NCBI RefSeq assembly: GCF_018350175.1
Contig: NC_058368.1
Span: 22,198,001-22,262,000 of the forward strand
Length of the DNA stretch: 64,000 bases
DNA from: Felis catus
Lineage: Eukaryota
Direction: 5' to 3'
A program made the position numbers and the translations under genes. Shown piece after piece: positions 10,163 to 22,109 of this stretch (positions within the stretch are counted from its first letter, which is position 1; the number at the start of each line of letters is the position of its first letter). A model generated the notes under the pieces. The model was not told the DNA's origin. It made no database searches and saw only the letters and a program-made list of their open reading frames with translations.

Positions 10163-12224
10163 TATGTAATAATCATATCATATAGTATACTTGATTAATA
10201 AACTGAAAGTTTTGTTTAGTTCTTTATCTGGACACAGTTTGAACAAAAGCACATTTCTCATTAGGTCCAAAAACTTTTCTGAATGTTAGCTTTATACCAG
10301 AAATTTTCTAAATCTAGGCTTTCTTAACCAAACAATGAAGGATTTAATTATCATTAATTTGTCCTACTGAAAAATGAATACACTTTAACCTAGTAAAGGG
10401 CAAGAGCCAAGTCAATTTGCTTGCTTCTTATACCACCTAGTCCATAACTACTTAGTACTAAGCTTCTACATGGTAATAGGGAAAAATTTAGAAAACCCTA
10501 TGATTCTATACATGGATAAGTGAAGCCCAGAGAAATTATGTGACTTTCTAAAAGATCCACAGGTGGTAAAAGGCAGAACTAAAGCAGAGGTCATCTTAAC
10601 TGTTAAAAGTTAAGTCAGTTAAAATACTGACTAAATAAAGAGAATTCTCAACTTCTTTCTAAAAACTGGCTCTACCCATTTTTAGCACTATGGCAGTCTA
10701 GACTAATGTGGTTAGGTCCCACCTCCTACAAATATATAGATTATTTACAATAAAAAAAAAAAAAGGTTTTAAGTGTACAGTCAAGTTCAAAAGGAAGAAA
10801 GACTCACCCTGAGGTGTTACAAAGGAAGAGAGAACTCAAAGCCAGAGCCAGAGCCGGAAGCCTGAGCTACCTCAGCAGTATCCTACCCATAGCTTAAAAG
10901 CCGACTCTGCTTTTAAGCCCTGGAGGCTGGGGATGGGCTGGGATTCTAAAGAGGTATGAAATTAAAGCTAAAGTGTCCTAATTTACACTGATACTAATCA
11001 AAAAAGCTGGTGTAACAATGATAATATCAGATAAAACAGACTGAGTTAAAAAACAGTTCAATGTACGGCACAAAATAGTTTTATGCCATTTTCACAGGAA
11101 AGGTCTCTGAGGTATAAAATGTTAACCTGAATGTTGGCTTTGGGACAGATTGTTACAACATGAGGCGAATTTAGACTGAGAATAGGGTACTCATTATTCC
11201 CTACTTCCTTTCAAAGGGATTTTACTCTACAGTTACCCCAACAGGACACATTTGAAATTACTTTAAACATCTTAGAACAAAGCTATATTAACAGTCAAGT
11301 TTCAGGTTCAGCTATGAGTATAAATGTCTGCAACTATGGAGAATGATATTCTGTGAAATGCCTAAAAAGGAAAGAATAGAGAAAGTTTTATAGAATTCCC
11401 TTTCTGGGCTAAACGAACATTTCCTAAACTGTAAGGACACTTAAAAGGAATACAAAACTCTTTCTTTTACAAAATATATTTCCAAAAATATATCTAAAAC
11501 ATGAAAGATCTATATTGGCTTTTAAAATAAGCTTTACATTTATCTTGAATTTATGAGCTCTTTCCCCTTCCCATCCCCAAATTTCTTAATAGTTTTATGT
11601 CCTCTAAATACAAAGTGTATGTTAGTATCTGCTTCTGAATACTTCCAGTGAGTTTAACTTCAGAAAAGAACTGCTAAGCCCTTATCAAAAGATCTCAGGA
11701 TGCTAGAGCTCATTTTATTATACTGAACCAACTGTGACAAATGGAAATGGTTGCCATTAGATGATTTTAGATTTAGATTTTCTTAGTTAAGCAGACAGAA
11801 ATAAAGCCAGACACCCTGACCAAAAAAGACTTAAAAAAAACAACAACAACGTATAGTAATAAGTTGGAAGTGCACTCATCAATTTATTATTAGAATAATC
11901 TTTTAGGCTAAGTTTATCACTTTTTGTCTAGAGTCAAGTTTTCACCTCAGAAAATCTCTTTTATTTTATTTTTCATTTTGTTTCCAGCTAAGGCCAAAAT
12001 ATCAAGTTTGAGACAAAGGCTTTTCCAATCCAAACTTAAAACAAAGCAAATAAAAGCCTAAGCTGCATTTCATTTTGCACTTCCATTTCCTGTAACTCCC
12101 AGAGGACTAAATCTTTTCAGGGGATCACTGTTCCGAATCTGAACTGCTTCACTTCACTGACGTCTTGGCAAGTCATCTACGTAATTTTAGTCACAGAGTT
12201 TTTACATAAAACATAAGCGAAAGA

Positions 12225-12444
12225 GGAACACCTGGCTGGCTCAGTCGGTTAAGTGTCTGACTTCAACGCAGGTCATGATCTCAGGAGTTCAAACCCCCCA
12301 TTCGCACAGAGCCCACTTGGGATCCTCTGTCTCCCTCTCTCTCCGCCCCTCCGTCCCCTGTGAGCTCTCTTTCTCTCTCTCAACAAAACAAAACAAAACA
12401 AAACAAAACAAAAACAAACAAACAAAAAAAAACACTTAAAAAAA
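12225..12444 (+). mobile_element. CanSINE with (CAAAA)n tail
   Basis: TSD aaaacataagc(g/a)aaagagg. Confidence 0.88.
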
Positions 12445-13580
12445 CATAAGCAAAAGAGGACAGTCTGTTTTGGTAAACAATCTAGTATATTAAATGGTGA
12501 GTCACTTTTTTTTTTTTTTAACCTTTGTCTTTCTTATAATTAAAAGTATCTAAATATTCAAAGACAAATTATTTCTATATTCTTGTTGGACAGGAAGAGT
12601 CAAGTCACTTTAGAGACTCACTCTCAGAACTAATCAGGAAATCTCCAGGAATGTATATTAGAGTCATCAAGGTAACTTTTCCCAAAATATACGTGTTTTG
12701 TCTCTTCTAGACACCCAATAAATTAAAATCTCTTTGGAAAACTCAGAAGATTAAAATAAGAAGGAAATACTATGCAATATTAAAAAGAACAAAGTTCATC
12801 TTACCAGCTCTGGGCTTTCAGAGCTGGTACCCTTCTTATGAGCTAGTATATCAGCCTGCTGCTTTTCATGGATGCTGGCAGAAGACATGAAAACTCCTGG
12901 GTCATTCACAGCATAGCAAGCAGAATGAGCACAGTGTCTGTGATGGTTCCCTTGCCCACAAGTCCCATAGGGACCATGCAGATGGGCCCAGATGGATTTC
13001 TGGACAGGAAACCCAGATGGGTTGTGTGATAGGAAAAGAACACCAACCCTGGGATTCTGTTGTTTTATCACAGACAGCAAGCAAATCTCCTCTCTGTCCC
13101 AGAGGGAGACATTACCTCAACCCTCAAGGTTGTTTGCTGCAAACACAACTCTGAGAAATGGTCTAAGTCAATAGTAATTAGGGCCTTGCGTTGTGTAAGA
13201 GGCCTTGTGTTCTTTAAACCAGCAAGATGTGTTGAAGTACGAGAGAACCAGATAAGAATGTTTCTCAATACATTTATATAAACTAATATGGAAATGTATC
13301 AAGAGTTAAGTGTGAAGATTAAAATAAAAAAGAAAGATGTAGGAGCATATTATAGAATAACCTATAATTATTTGTGTTTGTTTGGTTTTGTTATTTACAG
13401 GAGAGACATGTATAGTCTTGTAAATGCACAGAAAACTTTTAGAAGGGTATATATAAGAACCTGCCTTGGAAGTGCGAATGGGAAACCTGAGTATAAGAGG
13501 GACTTCTATTCCACTTCATACCATTCTTTTTGCTTTGTTATTACAAACACATGTCTTTTTAACAAATCATAAAAATTCAC

Positions 13581-13655
13581 CTGTTTTTTATCAGTAGATA
13601 TTCTGGCCACCTCCTCATTATCTCCTAAGGGTCCATGCTTTCCCTCTTCCTTTTC
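13581..13655 (-). CDS. CDADC1: CDADC1 coding exon 3, 75 nt
   Basis: ttag|GAAAAG...AAACAG|gtgaat; EKEEGKHGPLGDNEEVARISTDKKQ, phase 0-0. Confidence 0.93.
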
Positions 13656-14131
13656 CTAATTAAAAGCAGATTAAGGGAGAAAAAAGATTAGTACACAAAA
13701 CACAGAATTAACTCAGTATTTCTTATTTGAAGGTTGTTTTTCTTGGCTTTGGATCATTCACTTTTTTCCCGATGAAAGTCTGCACTGACTTCACACACTG
13801 TTCCGGTTCAAGTTCAGACTACTTAATCTAGTAAGTAAGGCCTTTACAATCAGGCCCCTACATACTTTTCTAAAATACAGAAGGATTGAAAGTTATGGTC
13901 AGAAAATAAAATTCTGTAGTTTAAGATTTCAGAGTTGGGACAGTTTTGAGGAATAGTCCAGAGTGTGGTCATGGCTAAGAAGGACTAAAGGGCAATAGAA
14001 GTAAATTAACTGGTTCATGCCCACCCAAGGATGCCAAAAGAACAAAACAAAAAAAACAAAAAAGAAGAAGAAATAAACTAATTGGAATTGGGAAGATGAG
14101 AAACTACACAGTAAAGGTATTAGATATGGAT

Positions 14132-14619
14132 TGTGGTAGGCAGAATAATGGTCCCCCAAAGACGTGCCTGTCCCAATCTTTGGAGACTGTGACTCCATTA
14201 CATGACCATGGCAAGACTGTAGCTGGAATTAAGGCTGCTAATCATCTGACCTTGAGATGCAGGATTATCTGGTGGGCCCAATGTAATTACAAGCATCCTT
14301 ACAAGTGAAACAGAGAAGCAAGAGAGTTAGTGCCAGTGTGATGCACCATGAGAAAGACTCAGCCTGCCAGTGCTGGCTTTAAAGACCGGAGGAAGAGGTT
14401 CATGGTCCAAGACATGTGGGCAGCCTCTAGAAGCTGGAAAAGGCAAGGAAAGGAATTCTTCCCAGAGCCTCCAGAAGGAAAACAGCCCAGCTGACACTTT
14501 GATTTTAGCCTAGTGAGGCCCATTTCAGGATTCTGACTTCCACAACTGTAAGATAACTATGTGTGTTAAGCCACCAACTTTGTGGTAATTTGTTATAGAA
14601 GCAATAGCACACTAACATA
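14132..14619 (+). mobile_element. MLT1D-like MaLR solo LTR
   Basis: Starts tgtggtaggcagaataatgg, ends actaacata; near-TSD tggat/aggat. Confidence 0.8.
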
Positions 14620-15109
14620 AGGATGTCCACAAGTAAAACTTGAAGTAGAAAGTTTTGAGCCAGGGACCAAACTCCTTCATTTATTAATTCAACAAATATT
14701 TATTGAATCCTTGCTCTGTGCTAGCCACAGACCTAGCTGCTTAGGATGTAGCCCTTACAGAGCTTATGACACAGGAAAGTGACTATGAAGTGAGTAGATA
14801 ATTAAGACAGAGTGATACAGCAGAATTCTGTGAGCCCCGAAATAGGTGGGATACGTAATAATTTAGAGAAAGTTTGAAAGTGCGAATGGCAAACTTGGTG
14901 AATGTTAACCTCTTAGTCTTAAAAAACAAAGGCTGGATGCTAGAAAAGGAATAACCTCTAAGAAGTTTATAAGAAGAGCCACATCCTGGGAATAAGGCTT
15001 CTATTCCAGCAGAACAGGAAGTGGAGAAAGTGATGATGTTGGTAGTGAAATGGTGGGGGTGTGGATGGTAGCAGTGGTTGGTGATGGTGATTACATGAAT
15101 GATAATAAT

Positions 15110-15310
15110 AACAATACCTAACAGTGAGTGTTTCCCAAGTAGCAAGCTCGAAATTATCTCTTTTAATCCTCACAACTTTACAGAGTTGCTCCTATATTGT
15201 TCCAATTTTACAGATGAGGAAATTGTGGCTGAGAGAGATTAAATAATTTGACCAAGGTCACACAGCTAATAAATGGGAGGGCCAGGATCTGAGCCCTAAA
15301 TCCACCGTCT
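15110..15310 (-). mobile_element. MIR fragment
   Basis: Core ttttacagatgaggaaattg...tgaccaaggtcacacagctaataaatgg. Confidence 0.75.
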
Positions 15311-15589
15311 AAACCATGATGCTATCTGCTACTATTCTGGAAAAGTACAGTGAGTACACAATGGGAAGAGTTGGAAGACAGGGATAATATATGATGTGTA
15401 GAGAAAAATGAAGCAATAATGCAGTTACTCTAATTCTTATACTAAAGTAATATTCAGGAAATTAGGTATGTTTAACTTAACTAAAATGAAAAGCCAAACC
15501 AATAGGAGAAATTATTATTTTAAAACAACAGCCATTTTCAATAGTGCTGATTTCTAGTCTAAAAGTTTTAATTAAATGTGCTTTTCCCT

Positions 15590-15703
15590 TGACAGCTCAG
15601 AGCCTGGAGCCTGCTTCAGATTCTGTGTCTCCCTCTCTCTCTGCCCCTCCCCTGTTCATGCTCTGTCTCTCTCTGTCTCAAAAATAAATAAAAACATTTA
15701 AAA
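15590..15703 (+). mobile_element. 5'-truncated CanSINE with 15-bp TSD AAATGTGCTTTTCCC
   Basis: Only the 3' half is present, flanked by perfect direct repeats. Confidence 0.92.
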
Positions 15704-15921
15704 AAATGTGCTTTTCCCAAGAAGTCTCATAAACAAGTAGTTTCTCTCCCACTCATTTATCTAGTTTTGCGCTGGATTCTTAAAACTTCTTAGGTCTTAA
15801 GGCATAAAATGTAAAAATGTATACTTGGCTGAACAATCCTCAAGGAACACCCATACAGTGTAAATATTTGGCAACACAGAAAATCTCAGATATAGTCGTA
15901 TTTAGAAGTGGTTGTAAGTTA

Positions 15922-16389
15922 GGGCACCTGGGTGGCTCAGGTGGTTAAGCATCTGACTTCAGCTCAGGTCATGATCTCATAGTTCGTGGGTTCAAGCCCC
16001 ATGTCGGGCTCTGTGCTGACAGCTCAGAGCCTGCCGCCTGTTTTGGATTCTGTGTCTCCCTCTCTCTCTGCCCCTCCCCCACATGTGCTCTGTGTCTCTC
16101 TCAAAAAATTAAATAAACATTAAAAAAATTTAAAGAAGGGGCACCTGGGTGGCTCGGTCACTTAAGCATCCAACTTCAGCTCAGGTCATGATCTCACGGT
16201 CCATCCACGAGTTCAAGCCCCACGCTGGGCTCTGTGCTGACAGCTCAGAGCCTGGAGCCTGCTTCAGATTCTGTGTCTCCCTCTCTCTCTGCCCCTCCCC
16301 TGCTTGCACTCTGTCTCTTTCTCAAAAATAAACAAATATTAAAAAAAACCAAACAACCAAATACCTTTAAAAATTTTAAAAGAAAAAAA
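15922..16389 (+). mobile_element. Head-to-tail CanSINE pair (15922-16133 and 16138-16389)
   Basis: Outer TSD agaag(t/g)ggttgtaagtta flanks both; second copy inserted in the tail of the first. Confidence 0.92.
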
Positions 16390-16519
16390 AGAAGGGGTTG
16401 TAAGTTAAAATATACTGAAGCTGGTAAAAATAAATGACAATCTAAATGTCCAGTACTAAGGGAATACACACAGTACATCAATACAATGGATTGTTATGCA
16501 AACATTAAAAAGATAATGG

Positions 16520-16760
16520 CAAACACATATGGCACATGGTATGCGCCAGTCACTATCTAAGAGCTTTATAAATACTAATTCAACCACTTTTCATAAAAGC
16601 CCCATATGGTATGTACCAGCTACATCCTACTTTACAGACGAGGAAGTTGAGAGAGGTAAAGTTACTTACTCAAGATTACACAACTAGTAAGAAATGGAGC
16701 TCAGATGTGAACCCAGCTAGGCTAACTACAAAACCACTAGCTATTCTTAAACTATTAGAC
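16520..16760 (-). mobile_element. MIR fragment
   Basis: tttacagacgaggaagttgagagaggtaaagttacttactcaagattacacaactagtaag. Confidence 0.7.
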
Positions 16761-16923
16761 TAAGTTGCTGTTTCAATGTTTATAATAGTATTACAGCATA
16801 AGCATTTTCCTATGTTAAGTGAAAAAGGCTGGATCCAGATCCAGAATTAAATGAGAAATCAAAGCCATTAATAATATGTGGAGCCAGGCTGAGGGTTGAG
16901 GGAGTGATTAAGAAATAGGGAGT

Positions 16924-17168
16924 GGGGCACTTGGGTGGCTCAGTCGATTAAGCATCCGACTTCAGCTCAGGTCATGATGTCACGGTTGGTGAGTTTGAGC
17001 CCCACATCGGGCTCTGTGCTGACAGCTCAGAGCCTGGAGCCTGCTTGGGATTCTGTGTCTCCCTCTCTTTCTCTCTCTCTCTGCCTCCCCCCCCCCCGTT
17101 TGTGCTTGGTCTCTCTCTCTCTCTCTCAAAAATAAATGAACATTTAAAAAATTAAAAAAAAAAGAAAA
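16924..17168 (+). mobile_element. CanSINE, TSD aagaaatagggagt
   Basis: Head, CT tract, tail, TSD. Confidence 0.93.
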
Positions 17169-17279
17169 AGAAATAGGGAGTAACAATGCATAACAGTTTT
17201 AATAATGTTAACATTTCACATAGGAATTGGAAGAGAAAACTACTCCAAGAGATACCATCTTATCAGGAAGAGTAAATAC

Positions 17280-18650
17280 CGGTATACATACAGACTTTAT
17301 ACCCTCACAAAAATCAACTCAAAATGGATCATAGACCCAAATGTAAAACACAAAACTATAAAACTCCAATAAATAACATAGGAGAAAACCTAGATGACAT
17401 TGGGTATGGCGATGACGTTTTGGATGCACAAAGGCATGATCCATGAAAGAAATCAGTGATAAACTGGACTTTATTAAAAGGAAAAACTTCTCCTCTATGA
17501 AAGACATTGTCAAGAGAATGAGAAGAGAAACCACAGACTGGGAGAAAATATTTGCAAAAGACACATCTGATATAAGACACTTATCCAAAATATACAAAGA
17601 ACTCTTAAAACTTAACAATAAGAAAACAACCAGACTAAAATATGAGCCAAAGACCTTAACAGACACCTCACCAAAAAAAAATATACAGACGACAAATAAG
17701 CATATGAAAAAATGCTCCACATCACATGTCATGAGAGAAATGCAAATTAAAACAAGATACCACTACCTGCTTCTTGGAATGCCCCAAATCCAGAACACAG
17801 ACAACACCAAATACTGGAGAGGATGTGAAGCAACAGGAACCCTCATTCATTGCTGGTGAGAATGCAAAATGGTACAGCTACTTTGGAAGACAGTTTGGTA
17901 GTTTCTGACAAAACTAAATACACTCTTTATCATACAATCCAGCAATCATGCTCCTTGGTATTTACCCAAAGGAAGTGAAAACTTACGTCCACACAAAAAT
18001 TTGCATACAGATATTTATAGCAGCTTCATTCATAATTGCAATAACTTGGAAGCAACCAAGATCTCCTTCAGCAGGTAAATGGATAAATAAAGTTTATTTA
18101 TCCAGACAATGGATCTTACTCAGCGCTAAAAAGAAGGCAGTGATCAAACCATGAAAAGGACATGTGGGAACCTTAAATGCATATTGCTGAGTGAAAGAAA
18201 TCAATCCAAAAAGGCTACATACTAATATATGATTCCAACTATATGATGTTCTGGGAAAAGCAAAATTATGGAGACACTTAAAAAAAAAAAATCAGTGGTT
18301 TGCCAGGGTTGGGGATGGAGGAAAGATAAATAGGTGAAGCACAGAGAATTTTTAGGGAAATGAAAATATTCTGTATGATACCATAATGATGGTTACATGC
18401 ATTAAACATTTGTCCAAACCCACAGAAGATACACCACCAAGACTGAACTATAAAGTAAAATGTAGACTTTGGGTGATCAGGGTGTGTCAATGTAGTAGGT
18501 TCATCAATTGTAGCAAATGAACCACTCTGAAGAGGATGTGGTTAATGGTGGATATCACATGGGGTAGGGGGACAGGGAGTACACAGGAAATTTGTATACT
18601 TTCCCGGAAACTTTGCTGTGAACCTGTAAGTGCTTTAAAAAGATAAAGTT
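17280..18650 (+). mobile_element. Old LINE-1 (L1M-type) 3' fragment: ORF2 C-terminus and 3'UTR
   Basis: Degenerate ORF2 peptides (DKLDFIK...WEKIFA...KHMKKCSTS...REMQIKT; LLGIYPKE...TWKQP). Confidence 0.9.
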
Positions 18651-20156
18651 CTAATTGTCAATAAGTTAATTCCTTAATTCCCTGTTAAAATTCTTCAATG
18701 TGGTCCCTACTTATAAAATCTAAACTCCCTTGGAAGGCATACAATATTTTTTATTAGCTGATTCCTGTATACATTTCCAAGTTCATCTTTAGTCTCTTCC
18801 CTCCACCTAACTTCACCCTCCTCCGTGAGGACCACAAATTCTCTTACTCCTCCAGATGTTTCCATATGGAGTCCCTTGGCTTGGCAAATACCTACTCATT
18901 CTTCATGTCTCAGTGCAAATGCAGCCTTCCCAGTGCATCTTTCCCTCACTTCCCCATGTAGCACCTGGCCTGCAGTCTTCAGTCGTGGTAGCATCTCTGC
19001 TTATACTTGGTACTTGACTCTGCCATCCAAATGCATCTTAATTGTTTAAATGCTTAATTTTAGTCTCCGTTAGAAAATAAGAACCAAATCTTTTCTTTTT
19101 GTATCTCCAGTGGCAAGCACATAGCCATATCCACCATAATGAAGACATCAAAAAGAAAACGAAAAAGAGACGGTTATGAATGACCTTGTAAGAGTACTGT
19201 GGGAATTTAAGGATTTATAAAAAATCATTTTGTGGAATATGTGAAACAACCTTTCAGCACAATTACTGACAAGTTGGAAACTTCCATAAACAGATGCAGA
19301 ATACAAGTACAATTTTGCAAGAGAAGAAAAGCGCAAATCCTGTGCTTAAAAAAAGATGGAAGGAAAGTACCAAAATATTAAAAGCGATGTTGTCAGAATG
19401 GTGAGAAGCCATGGGGTAATTTTCCCCCTTTCCTCTTTTTCAAACAATGTCTTAAATGCTTAAGTAACCTAATACTACACTCCATATATGGCCTTGGTCC
19501 CCTAAAACATTGAGAACCTACCATCATGCCACTCAAAGCACAGAGGAAAATGATGAGACAGTAGCACCTTGCTGCCCAAAGGCTGGAGAAAGTAAAGCTG
19601 TAGAATGTATGTGCTTCAAATCCACTGGCTTCTAGGACTATCTTTTTATACATTCCTAATCTGTTTTGATCACCTCTTTGAGATCCAAAAAAGAGACTTA
19701 TTTAGGAACAAGAAATCAATTAGCACTCACAGATCACCTATTACAAAAGTAGATGCTAAAGGGGTATAAATAAGACATGGAAAAATAAGGTAAAATAAGA
19801 CATGATTTCAACCTTCAAGTAATTTAGTTTGGTGGGAGAGGAGGAAAACTACTCACATGAAACATCAACTGTATACAACTGAATGATAAATTATGTAATC
19901 TAATTGTCCAAACCAACATATAAATACCATTAATATCTGATAAACATGGCACAGTCTGAGATGGTTAACAATTCTATTTTTAGATTAGAAAGATGAGCTA
20001 TTACAGCCATGAGTTACAAATACCACACTAAACCACAAAAGTACTTTGCAAATTTTAAGGTTTTTGAGTTTGTTTTTAAGTGTGACAGAAACTGAAACAA
20101 TCAAATCTTAGACCACTGCTTTTCTAAGTGAGAAAAACTATGGAAACAAAATATAC

Positions 20157-20257
20157 CTGAGATTTTTGTCTTTGGGCTGTATTTACTGTTGGGAAGAGCT
20201 CCATCCAGAGACTAAGCAGAGTGAAAAGGTTGACTTTAGAAAGCCTTGGTATTTGAC
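20157..20257 (-). CDS. CDADC1: CDADC1 coding exon 2, 101 nt
   Basis: tag|GTCAAATA...TCTCAG|gtatat; encodes (G)QIPRLSKVNLFTLLSLWMELFPTVNTAQRQKSQ, in frame with exon 1 (82+101=183 nt). Confidence 0.95.
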
Positions 20258-20779
20258 CTACAAAAGAGAGGCAGACACTTTAAAATTTTACTAATGATGA
20301 AAATAGGAACTAATACTCAAGTCCGTTTGGGTGCTAATGCCTTAACTCAGCTGCATTAGTAGGAGGCAGAAAAAAAGGATACGCGGACAAGGCAATCAAG
20401 GGCAAGGAGACTGGCTACAACCTCACTTTCAGCGACCTCCTCTGGCACTTTTCAAACTTGGGCCCTTTCTCCGGCCCTCACATGTCAAGGGTAAAAATGG
20501 CACAATTGATACAAGTAACTATGGGAACAATCCAAAGGAAGTTATGAGAAGTCCCTGCATCTGATGTCAACGTGGAGCAAGCTTTTCTTTAAATTGAGGT
20601 GTTGCAAAAAGGGCAGTTGAGGTGACCTTTGCTGGCAACGCATTGAAATACAGGAAAGCGTCACGTGTGGTTAATTTGGAAATCAAGTCAAAAGCACGGA
20701 ATTTTCAGGCTCAATACTCGAGATCCCAGCTCTAGGTCCTGAGAGGAAAAGGAAAAGGAGAAGGAAAAGGAGAAGGAAA

Positions 20780-21620
20780 AGGAGAAGGAAAAGGGGCCGG
20801 GGCGGGGGAGGGGGGTTGGGGAGGGGTGGGCTGTGAGCGCGACTTCAAAAGCGGGTGCTGCCGTGCCAGGGGTTGGTTCCCCTGGGACAGAGGCAAGAAA
20901 GCGCCTAGGGCGGGAATGAGACGTCCCGGGGCAGAAGCTCAGGCGAAGAGGGGCAGGCAGGGAAAGCGGAGTTAGTCGGAGGCAGAGGCTCAGGGCAGAG
21001 CGAAGGCTGGGGTGGCAGCAGCAGGGTCCGGGACACTCACCAGTCATGCTGCCAGTCTGGGTGCTGACTGACCGCCCGGCCCCCGCGCTCTCCAGATTTT
21101 GCATCTGCCCTGCTTCTTTCATCCCAAGCCTAGCGGCCTCTGCTGCCCAGAATACCTCTCGCTGTCCGGCATGATCTTGGCCCCAGCGGCTCCACCTCTA
21201 GCCTCCTCCCAGCAACTGTACAGTAACCGCCAACTCGGCGCAGCCAGCTGACGTCAGAACTTGGCCGCCACTTCCGGGCGCCTTGTCTGTTGCGTTAGCG
21301 AGGCGTGGACGCGGTGACGAGAGGCTGCCCCTCTAGGGGCTGCCGGTTAGTTAAGAAGCGCTGCGCGATAAATCAGTTAAGGCCCGAATTTAGCTGTCTT
21401 CGCTGGTTTTGCTGAAGGCCAATTGAGGATGTTTTGGCCTGGAAGTCCCAGGGTGTACACACTCTAATAGAGTGATGAAGCCTGCGCAGACTTGAGAGTT
21501 TTGGTGAGAGAGTGAAGGGGAATTGAAATGGAAAGCTGCCCCATCGGTCACCGTCGAGATCTTAGAGAAGGGAGGAGGTGTTGGGGGGTTCGGGGGCGCG
21601 GAGCTGGGCGGCCCAGGTGG
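20780..21620. promoter_or_regulatory. CDADC1 CpG-island promoter with palindromic CRE (TGACGTCA, 21249-21256) and ETS/GABP site (ACTTCCGG, 21270-21277)
   Basis: GC/CpG-rich stretch around exon 1; motifs read directly from the sequence. Confidence 0.8.
21041..21122 (-). CDS. CDADC1: CDADC1 (cytidine and dCMP deaminase domain-containing 1) coding exon 1, 82 nt
   Basis: ATG at 21122 translates MKEAGQMQNLESAGAGRSVSTQTGSMT(G), matching the recalled CDADC1 N-terminus; donor G|GTGAGT at 21041/21040; lies in a CpG island. Confidence 0.95.
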
Positions 21621-22109
21621 TTGCTACCATCAGTGATTGGACAGTCCTTAGGAACTCAGTGCCAGGGACAGCCATAGGGACGTTCTGATTTTCATCAAAC
21701 ATAAATCTCAAGGGGTGCAACTGTGATTATGAAAAAGGTGTGGGGGGGGAGGGGGAGTACTCCTGGGAAATGTGAGAAGTACCTGATATTGTAGATATGT
21801 GACCAATGCATTTTATTTGATTACTTCATAAGTGTCCCAGGCTGGAGTCAAATTGAAGCTCCACCCTTCCTCCCCAGTGACTCAGAGCCCAGTTTCCATA
21901 ACCAACCCCTTATGTTATCATAACTTGAAATACTGACAAATAGCAAGACATAAAAACTGCTTTTTGAAAGCAAAAGCTGAACATTATTAAAATACATTAT
22001 CTTGTGAAGGACTGAAGGGAATCTTCAGTGATGATGGGTATGGCTATGGTTCCTTAATTTTCACTACTGTATAGTATTTCATTGTAGCTATATACCACAA
22101 TTTATTTAT

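Noticed and set aside
2420..10170. Target-site duplication for the provirus
   Set aside because: Flanks (cgtc versus tatg) do not match; none claimed
17319..18490. Several 70-140 aa ORFs
   Set aside because: Fragments of degenerate L1 ORF2 and its antisense strand
20688..21040. 144-aa ORF continuing from the CDADC1 ATG
   Set aside because: Read-through past the exon 1 donor into GC-rich intron and a simple repeat (FSFSFS)
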